A stretch of DNA of 24,000 bases, from the NCBI GenBank assembly GCA_022841205.1, contig JALHCK010000004.1, positions 118,257-142,256 on the forward strand, given 5' to 3'. Source of the stretch: Methanomicrobiales archaeon (GTDB taxonomy: Archaea > Halobacteriota > Methanomicrobia > Methanomicrobiales > Methanospirillaceae). The translations under genes and the position numbers were made by a program. A model generated the notes under the pieces. It saw only the letters and a program-made list of their open reading frames with translations. It was not told where the DNA came from and ran no database searches. This document shows positions 18,572 to 24,000 of this stretch, one piece after another (within the stretch, counting starts at the first letter, position 1; each line of letters opens with the position of its first letter).

Positions 18572-19825
18572 TCACCGTTCTTTCAGGCGACGTTTTTCCA
18601 TGAGCGCCTTCATCAGGCGGATCGCGCAGAAATCGCCGCACATGGAACAATCCGGGGTGTCTCCTGCAAGCTCCCGTGCTCTCTGCTCATCCAGGGCACG
18701 GGCAAACTGGCCTTCGCGGTCCAGCCCGGCCCGGAGCAGGGAGATCTCCTTGTCGGGTGCATCTTTTCCGTATTTCACGATATCGCCTATATGTGCCGCG
18801 ATCCTGAAGGCGATCAGCCCTTCCCTGACCTGGTCTGGGCCGGGCAGCCCCAGGTGTTCTGACGGGGAGATGGAGCAGATGTAATCGGCTCCGGCAGCAC
18901 TGGCGGCGGCTGCCCCGGCACACCCGGCGACATGGTCATAACCAAGGGCAATGTCGGTGGGAAGCGGGCCGGCAACAAAGAGGGGGAAGGGGGCGGCTTT
19001 CTTGTAGGAGCGGACCAGGGGGGCGATACGGTCGTACCGGACATGCCCGCCCGCCCCTTCGATAATTACCTGGACTCCCCGCTCCCGTGCATATCTCCCG
19101 AGAGCACAGTTCCTCTGGCGCTCTTCCTGGAGGGCCGGTCCCAATCCGTCGTGGATTCCACCGCCCCGGGCCGTGTTTCCGAGGGAAAGGACGATATCGT
19201 GCCTGCGGAAAATTCCGAGGATCTCGTCAAACAGTTCGATGAAGGGGTTTTCCTGGTCGTTGAGGTGCATGTACACGCAGGTCATTGCACCACCTTTTGA
19301 GACAACGCCCGATATCCTCTCTTCCCGTTCCAGGAGAGCGAGGATCTTCCGGTCAACGAAGTGGAGCACCATGGAGGATATCCCGCAATCGGCCTGTTCG
19401 CGGATGGTGGACAGCAGGTCTTCACCGGTCATACCTGCAAGTCCGACCCGCGCCGCAGTCTCGTAGATCGGAACGGTCGTGAGGGGGACCGTGGTAGCCT
19501 GGAAGATGGACTCCCGGATGGACCGGATATCCCCTCCCATGGAGAGATCGGTGATGGTGTCTGCACCAAATCGTTCGGCAACCCGGGCTTTCTCAACCTC
19601 CTCTTCGGGGCATACCAGGGTGCTCGAGGTCCCGATATTCACGTTCACCCGGGTGCAAAGGTCCCTGCCGATGCCGAGGGCATGGTCCCCTCTCCGCATG
19701 AACACCATGCTGCCTTCAAGGACTGCCTCCCGCGCCTGATCGGGACCGATCCCCTCCCGGGCCGCCACCCGGCAAATAAGGTCCGGCAGATCCCCGTCTA
19801 TGGCCGCATCAATGACCGTACCCAT
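18572..19825 (-). CDS. thiC: Phosphomethylpyrimidine synthase ThiC (radical SAM, thiamine pyrimidine moiety)
   Basis: GADTITDLSMGGDI..., VPIYE, GISSMVLH, GVVSKGGA and IEGAGGH are present, along with the C-terminal Fe-S motif CSMCGDFCAIR. ATG at 19825. Confidence 0.95.
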   Translation of the reverse strand: MGTVIDAAIDGDLPDLICRVAAREGIGPDQAREAVLEGSMVFMRRGDHALGIGRDLCTRVNVNIGTSSTLVCPEEEVEKARVAERFGADTITDLSMGGDIRSIRESIFQATTVPLTTVPIYETAARVGLAGMTGEDLLSTIREQADCGISSMVLHFVDRKILALLEREERISGVVSKGGAMTCVYMHLNDQENPFIELFDEILGIFRRHDIVLSLGNTARGGGIHDGLGPALQEERQRNCALGRYARERGVQVIIEGAGGHVRYDRIAPLVRSYKKAAPFPLFVAGPLPTDIALGYDHVAGCAGAAAASAAGADYICSISPSEHLGLPGPDQVREGLIAFRIAAHIGDIVKYGKDAPDKEISLLRAGLDREGQFARALDEQRARELAGDTPDCSMCGDFCAIRLMKALMEKRRLKER

Positions 19826-19913
19826 GCATCATTCTCTGCTGAAGCGGTGGTTAAAGGTGACGGGTCTCCGCCGGCCGGAAGCGTCATCCCCCTCCAGGTG
19901 GTACCCTTGTCAC

Positions 19914-21092
19914 ATGTATGACCTTGCCGCCCTCCGCGAAGAGTTCCCGGTCCTCTCCACCTGCATCTATCTCGATTCCGCGGCCACCAGCCAGACCCCG
20001 CGGTGTGCGGTTGAGGCGATGAACGCTTACTTCTTCGAGTATGCCGCAAACCACGGGAGAGGGGCGTTCCGGCTGGCACGAAGGACAACGGAAGAATATG
20101 AGCGGACGAGGGAGCACCTGGGGGAGTTTCTCGGCATCCCGGCGGACCATCTCGTTTTTTCCCGGAACACCACCGAGGCCATCAACCTCGTGGCCCGGGG
20201 CATCTGCTGGGAGAAAGGGGACGAGGTGGTGACCACCGCGCTTGAGCACCATGCCAACCTGCTCCCCTGGCTGGCCCTGCGGGAGAGGGGGGTGAGGGTG
20301 AAGGTTGTCCCCCAGGAGGGAGGATATGTACAGGAAGGTGGTATCCAGGAAGCCGTGGGACGCGCCACCCGCCTGGTGGCAGTCAACCACGTGACCAACG
20401 TGCTTGGCACGGTTATCCCGGTGGAGGAGTACGCACAGGTCGCCCACGATGCCGGGGCAGCCATCCTGGTGGACGCCGCCCAGTCGATCGGGCATATGCC
20501 CATGCCCCGGACCGACCTGTTCGACTACCTGGCCATCCCCGGGCACAAGGGCCTCCTCGGTCCCCAGGGGACAGGGGCCCTGTATATCGCCGATCCGGAC
20601 ACGCTCGCCGCATCCTGCTATGGCGGCGGAATGGTGGCCGATGTAAGTCACGACCAGTTCACCCTCCTCCCCTGCCCGGCCCGGTTTGAGCCCGGCACTC
20701 CGAACATCCCGGGTGTCATCGGGCTTGGTCCGGCCATCGGGCTCGTCAAAGCGCTCGGGGTCGGGGCAATCCACAGGCACGAACGTGAGGTCGGGGAGCG
20801 GATCCATGCCGGGCTGTCAGCGATGCCCGGGGTGACGGTATACAGTCCCCTGGGAAGCACGGTCATCTCATTCAACGTGGCGGGGATGGCACCGGACTTC
20901 GTGGCTGTCCTCCTCGACCAGAAAGCCGGGATCTGCGTCCGATCCGGGATGCACTGTGCCCAGCCGCTCACCCAGTCCCTTGACCCCAGGGGGACGGTGC
21001 GGGCTTCCGTGGGGTGTTACACTACGAACGATGAGGCGGATGCGCTCGTCCGGGCTGTCGGGGAGATCGCACGGGAGAAGGCGACGGCCTGA
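19914..21092 (+). CDS. Class V aminotransferase, SufS/CsdA-like cysteine desulfurase
   Basis: MYDLAALREEFPVLSTCIYLDSAATSQTP... is followed by the PLP-lysine context AIPGHKGLLGPQGTGALY and the catalytic-cysteine context VRSGMHCAQPL. ATG 19914; the ORF-track start at 19800 overlaps thiC. Confidence 0.9.
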   Translation: MYDLAALREEFPVLSTCIYLDSAATSQTPRCAVEAMNAYFFEYAANHGRGAFRLARRTTEEYERTREHLGEFLGIPADHLVFSRNTTEAINLVARGICWEKGDEVVTTALEHHANLLPWLALRERGVRVKVVPQEGGYVQEGGIQEAVGRATRLVAVNHVTNVLGTVIPVEEYAQVAHDAGAAILVDAAQSIGHMPMPRTDLFDYLAIPGHKGLLGPQGTGALYIADPDTLAASCYGGGMVADVSHDQFTLLPCPARFEPGTPNIPGVIGLGPAIGLVKALGVGAIHRHEREVGERIHAGLSAMPGVTVYSPLGSTVISFNVAGMAPDFVAVLLDQKAGICVRSGMHCAQPLTQSLDPRGTVRASVGCYTTNDEADALVRAVGEIAREKATA

Positions 21093-21296
21093 TCGCGCCC
21101 GCCAGGGAGCCTGTTATTCCAGGTGGTGATCACGAAACGGAATCCATGCAGTAGGTTTGAAATGGGGAATTGCCCGCGGTGACGATGCGCATCTGCCGGA
21201 GACCTTCATGGTGATACCCGGGCGTTGTCCCGGTCTGCCAGGGGACTTTCGTTTCCATGTTTGCAGGTTTTGATGGGAAGGGATCCTATCTCAGGA

Positions 21297-21304
21297 TTTT
21301 ATAA
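21297..21304 (+). promoter_or_regulatory. TATA box TTTTATAA for the tRNA-Leu gene
   Basis: It is centred about 29 nt upstream of the mature tRNA 5' end (21330), the classic spacing for archaeal tRNA promoters. Confidence 0.6.
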
Positions 21305-21329
21305 CGGAGTTTCGCATACCTGTACTGGA

Positions 21330-21412
21330 GCGAGTGTAACCAAGCGGCCAAAAGTGACCGACTCAAGATCGGTTCTCGCAGGAGTTCGCAGGTTCGAATC
21401 CTGCCACTCGCA
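21330..21412 (+). tRNA. tRNA-Leu (anticodon CAA), class II with a long variable arm, no encoded CCA
   Basis: The acceptor stem GCGAGTG/CACTCGC is perfect (7 bp), with discriminator A. The anticodon stem is ACCGA/TCGGT with loop CTCAAGA. The variable arm is CTC-GCAG-GAG. The T arm is GCAGG-TTCGAAT-CCTGC. The D stem is weak as folded by hand (A10-U25, C11-G24, C12/A23 mismatch). Confidence 0.85.
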
Positions 21413-21435
21413 TTATTAGAAAAAATTTGTCGCTA

Positions 21436-21442
21436 TTTTTTT
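21436..21442 (+). terminator. Oligo-T (T7) terminator downstream of tRNA-Leu
   Basis: gctaTTTTTTTgag lies 24 nt after the tRNA 3' end. Confidence 0.5.
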
Positions 21443-21489
21443 GAGTTACGATGATAAAGTTTGTTTTTCAGTGCCAGTAAGGTTGCCTG

Positions 21490-22149
21490 ATGTATCTTTT
21501 ACGGTCAATTGTACTCAAAAAGATTCCAATGGATGTGTATTTGCAGGTCGGGTTCTGCTTTGTCGAATCGATTTTGCCTTCACTATTGAAGTCCCACTGC
21601 CATGAAGTTGGCACTACAGCAGAACGATCTATGAATTGGAAATTGAGGAGAACAGGCAGGCCCCTGATGATGAAGCATTTTCTGATTCAGTCAGGAAGCT
21701 TGAGGATTTTCATGGGCATGGGAAGGCAGAAGCCGGGTCCCCCATCCGCCCCGATCTGCCGGAACCGCCGTGACAGGAGCGGGAGTACCTTGGAGTTTTT
21801 TCATCACCCGCAGCCAACCCTTTCCGGCCGTGACAGGGAAATCCTGAAGAAGCTTGCCCCGGAGTATGGTGACCCTCTCTGTCCGGGATCGGGCCACGAA
21901 TTTCTCTCTCTCCTCCCCCAGGTATCGAACCACCTTGCTGCCGACGAGAAGGACTTTGCCCGACGCCTCAGGAACATTTCCCGTCATGATCTCGAGTATC
22001 TTGTCAGGCTCATCCTGGACGGGAGTGAAAGCATCGTGTGTATATCTCCTGAAAATATCGTGGAACTTGCAGGGTATGTTGCCGATACGCTCTCCTTAGA
22101 GGAGGCAGAAAGAATCATGGAACTCTACATGAATAGCGACCCCTGTTAG
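21490..22149 (+). CDS. Hypothetical ORF of uncertain coding status (only the C-terminal ~100 codons look convincingly coding)
   Basis: This is the only long ORF in the low-GC islet. Its 5' third is AT-rich with poor codon usage, and an alternative frame (21636-21770, EIEENRQAPDDEAFSDSVRKLEDF...) looks at least as protein-like. This suggests a wrong start or a decayed gene. I recognise no family. Confidence 0.3.
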   Translation: MYLLRSIVLKKIPMDVYLQVGFCFVESILPSLLKSHCHEVGTTAERSMNWKLRRTGRPLMMKHFLIQSGSLRIFMGMGRQKPGPPSAPICRNRRDRSGSTLEFFHHPQPTLSGRDREILKKLAPEYGDPLCPGSGHEFLSLLPQVSNHLAADEKDFARRLRNISRHDLEYLVRLILDGSESIVCISPENIVELAGYVADTLSLEEAERIMELYMNSDPC

Positions 22150-22398
22150 ATGAATCAGGCAGCCAGATTACAAAGACCTTCTGCATGATATCAACGGAAC
22201 TTCTACAATGACGACAGCCCCGTATTTATCGATCTTCACATGGCTAACATTCCGGGGGAGTAGCTCGCACCGGAATCCCAGAGAAACATACGTGAGTCAG
22301 ACTCAAGCTGGTTTCAGGAAGTATCCTCAACTAAAAACCAAAACGATAACAGAAATCGAAAATGAACAAAAAGGGTTATTTCCTGATAACCTGCCGCC

Positions 22399-22719
22399 CT
22401 ACTCTTTCAATTCATAGAGTACTCTCATAGCCTTGACAAAAGGTGGCATTCCTGCTGTCAGTAGGACCATCCTCAGGACATCCACTATCTCGTCTTTTGA
22501 AGCATTGAACTCTTTCATGGCGCTCAACATCTGTTTTTTTGTTGCCCGTTCATCAGAAACAGCTGCGTTAATTCCAAGGGCAATCAATTTCTGGGTTTTG
22601 TAATCAAGGGTTTTCCCGGTGTACACAGCCTCATTCAAATGTACAATGGCCTCGTACAGGTCCTTGTACTCCTTTTTTACCTTGGGCATACTTTCGCCGA
22701 AGAAGACTTCTTCTTTCAT
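22399..22719 (-). CDS. Carboxymuconolactone decarboxylase (AhpD-like) family small protein
   Basis: MKEEVFFGESMPKVKKEYKDLYEAIVHLNEAVYTGKTLDYKTQKLIALGINAAVSDERATKKQMLSAMKEFNASKDEIVDVLRMVLLTAGMPPFVKAM has the typical CMD-domain pattern (LD.KT..LI.LA...........H...A...G.s.eEi.e.......). ATG 22719; the upstream 76 codons of the ORF track are rejected. GC content is markedly lower than in neighbouring genes. Confidence 0.7.
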   Translation of the reverse strand: MKEEVFFGESMPKVKKEYKDLYEAIVHLNEAVYTGKTLDYKTQKLIALGINAAVSDERATKKQMLSAMKEFNASKDEIVDVLRMVLLTAGMPPFVKAMRVLYELKE

Positions 22720-22751
22720 CTTTTTTACACCAGTGACAACTTCATCATTCC

Positions 22752-22760
22752 AAATATTTA
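22752..22760 (-). promoter_or_regulatory. TATA box candidate (minus strand TAAATATTT) for the CMD-family gene
   Basis: It lies 33-41 nt upstream of ATG 22719. Confidence 0.4.
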
Positions 22761-23072
22761 GTTTTAGGGTCGAAAACCTCTGACAGGTTTTGGACCTTGT
22801 GGCATGGGAGAGTCCACAACATGACTGATCAATCCTGCCCGTTTTGCAGGAGGATCCGGGTTTCATCCTTGTTGATCCAGGTCGGATGGAGTATTGCCTC
22901 CCGCCGCCCTGGAGCCCGGAGCATGATGCAGGTGCCCGGCCGCACATCCCAGCATCTCCCGGGGAGCTTAGCCCCCTCTGCGTCCTGTGCCCCTCCGGAA
23001 AGCATCGCCCCGACCGGCCGCTGCGATGACAGGTTTCATCACATTTCCCCGCGTATCTTTGATGGACTGATC

Positions 23073-24000
23073 ATGGACTCCAGCCAGCGGATACCTCTTT
23101 TCATCCTCGTTCTCGGAACCATGATGGGGGCGCTGGACAGCACCATCGTGATCCTGGCCTTCCCCTCGATTTCCGCGTCCCTCCATTCCGACCTCGTGGT
23201 AACGCTGTGGGTCATAATCATCTATCTCCTGGTGATCGCGGTCACCACCACCCAGCTCGGCCGCATCGGAGACATCTGGGGGAGGAGCCGGATGTTCAAT
23301 GCCGGGTTTGCCATTTTCACCATCGGCTCACTCTTCTGCGGGATGTCTGGCACCATCACCCACCTCATCGCCGCCCGGGCGGTTCAGGCCGTCGGCGGGG
23401 CCCTGCTTGAGGCCAACAGCGGGGCGATCGTTGCCGACTCGTTCCCCCGGCACGAGAGGGGAAAGGCCTTTGGCTATATCTCGCTTGGGTGGACGAGCGG
23501 GGCGATGCTCGGGATCGTGCTCGGCGGTATTATCACCACGTTCGTGGGATGGGAGTTCATCTTCTTCATCAACGTCCCCATCGGGATCGCAGCCACCATT
23601 CTCGGGATGCACTACCTGCGGGACAAAACAAGGACGCCGGCCGGCCTCGATCTTGTCGGGATGGTAATCCTTGGAGCTGCGCTGATGCTCCTCTCCTACG
23701 GTGCGGTGGACTTTGTCTCCTTCGGCGCTTCAACTTCAAACCTTCTCTTCGCTGTTGCAGGGGTTTTTGCTATCCTGGTATTTTTCCTCCACGAGCGTCG
23801 GACTCCGCATCCGCTCCTTGAGACTGATGTATTGAAGGGCGATATCCTCCGTTACTCGATTGTTGCAGCATTTTTCCAGAGCCTTGGCTACCTCTCGGTC
23901 GTCTTCATGATCACCATGTACCTGCAGGGCATCAGGGGGCTGTCCCCGCTCAATGCAGCCCTCCTCCTGACCCCCGGTTACCTGATGGGGAGCCTCCTTT
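23073..24000 (+). CDS. MFS transporter, DHA2 (EmrB/QacA-like) type, 3'-truncated by the window edge
   Basis: It is not in the ORF track because there is no stop codon in the window. My translation reads MDSSQRIPLFILVLGTMMGALDSTIVILAFPSISASL...QLGRIGDIWGRSRMFNAGF (MFS motif A)...AARAVQAVGGALLEANSGAIVADSFP...GWEFIFFINVPIGI... It contains multiple TM segments. The frame stays open upstream to 22824, so an earlier start (ATG 22923) cannot be excluded. Confidence 0.85.
   Translation, partial: MDSSQRIPLFILVLGTMMGALDSTIVILAFPSISASLHSDLVVTLWVIIIYLLVIAVTTTQLGRIGDIWGRSRMFNAGFAIFTIGSLFCGMSGTITHLIAARAVQAVGGALLEANSGAIVADSFPRHERGKAFGYISLGWTSGAMLGIVLGGIITTFVGWEFIFFINVPIGIAATILGMHYLRDKTRTPAGLDLVGMVILGAALMLLSYGAVDFVSFGASTSNLLFAVAGVFAILVFFLHERRTPHPLLETDVLKGDILRYSIVAAFFQSLGYLSVVFMITMYLQGIRGLSPLNAALLLTPGYLMGSLL

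Noticed and set aside
19826-19913. Possible TPP riboswitch in the thiC 5' region (88-nt divergent spacer shared with the cysteine desulfurase gene).
   Set aside because: Neither strand shows the conserved TPP-aptamer elements (CUGAGA ... ACCUGAUCUGGAUAAUGCCAGCG). The spacer is too short, and a TTTAA element about 28 nt from the ATG suggests a near-leaderless mRNA. A covariance-model scan (Rfam RF00059) would settle it.
21225-21419. A 64-aa ORF overlapping the tRNA-Leu gene.
   Set aside because: It is fully explained by the tRNA and its promoter region. The peptide has no coding signature.
21767-21837. Exact 11-nt direct repeat GCCGTGACAGG at 21767-21777 and 21827-21837 (60 nt apart) inside the doubtful ORF.
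   Set aside because: It is a single short repeat pair with no further copies and no spacer or array architecture. Chance occurrence at this length is not negligible in 24 kb. It is noted only as a possible sign of sequence slippage in a decaying gene.
22824-23072. The open frame upstream of the MFS start (possible start at ATG 22923, adding about 50 residues MMQVPGRTSQHLPGS...).
   Set aside because: The extension is Pro/Ser/Arg-rich and non-hydrophobic, which is unlike MFS N-termini. The conserved first TM helix and the LD.TIV motif begin right after ATG 23073. It is kept as a caveat only.
1-24000. Window-wide search for CRISPR repeats, IS elements or transposases, integrases, rRNA, and recognisable defence-island genes.
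   Set aside because: I saw no regularly spaced repeats, no terminal inverted repeats around ORFs, and no DDE, tyrosine-recombinase, Cas or restriction-enzyme motifs in any listed frame. The only repeats are protein-level HEAT repeats.

Overview
This is a high-GC archaeal chromosome segment, most likely from a methanogen of the class Methanomicrobia. That assignment is an inference from gene content: the PolD large subunit, CofD for coenzyme F420, a short archaeal MetE, an archaeal AspRS, Cdc48/VAT, and an archaeal-type mevalonate gene pair. I can support 21 protein-coding genes and one tRNA-Leu(CAA). Two of the genes are cut by the window edges, and the MFS gene at the 3' edge is missing from the ORF track because it has no stop codon in the window. 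Most of the window is ordinary housekeeping: Cdc48, MetE, AspRS, CofD, an HD phosphohydrolase, UbiD plus AcnX, PolD DP2, ThiC and a cysteine desulfurase. I see no CRISPR array, rRNA, transposase or integrase. Many ORF-track starts are upstream over-extensions, and I re-placed them using Shine-Dalgarno sites, ATGA overlaps and conserved N-termini. Seven things deserve a second look. (1) A single-ORF fusion of an MNT nucleotidyltransferase and a HEPN/DUF86 domain whose RX4H RNase motif is substituted. (2) A tightly coupled four-gene block: membrane-HEAT protein, uncharacterised protein, MscS channel, HEAT protein. (3) A 165-aa mini-intein ending in Gln, inserted in the catalytic NCDGDED motif of PolD DP2. 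(4) A RecA/KaiC-fold protein with no Walker A lysine. (5) A duplication-like insertion of about 83 aa in the D2 domain of Cdc48. (6) A UbiD-AcnX pair with no small AcnX subunit nearby. (7) A low-GC islet next to the tRNA-Leu gene. None of these is proven to be a new system. All functional calls come from reading motifs by eye, not from database searches.
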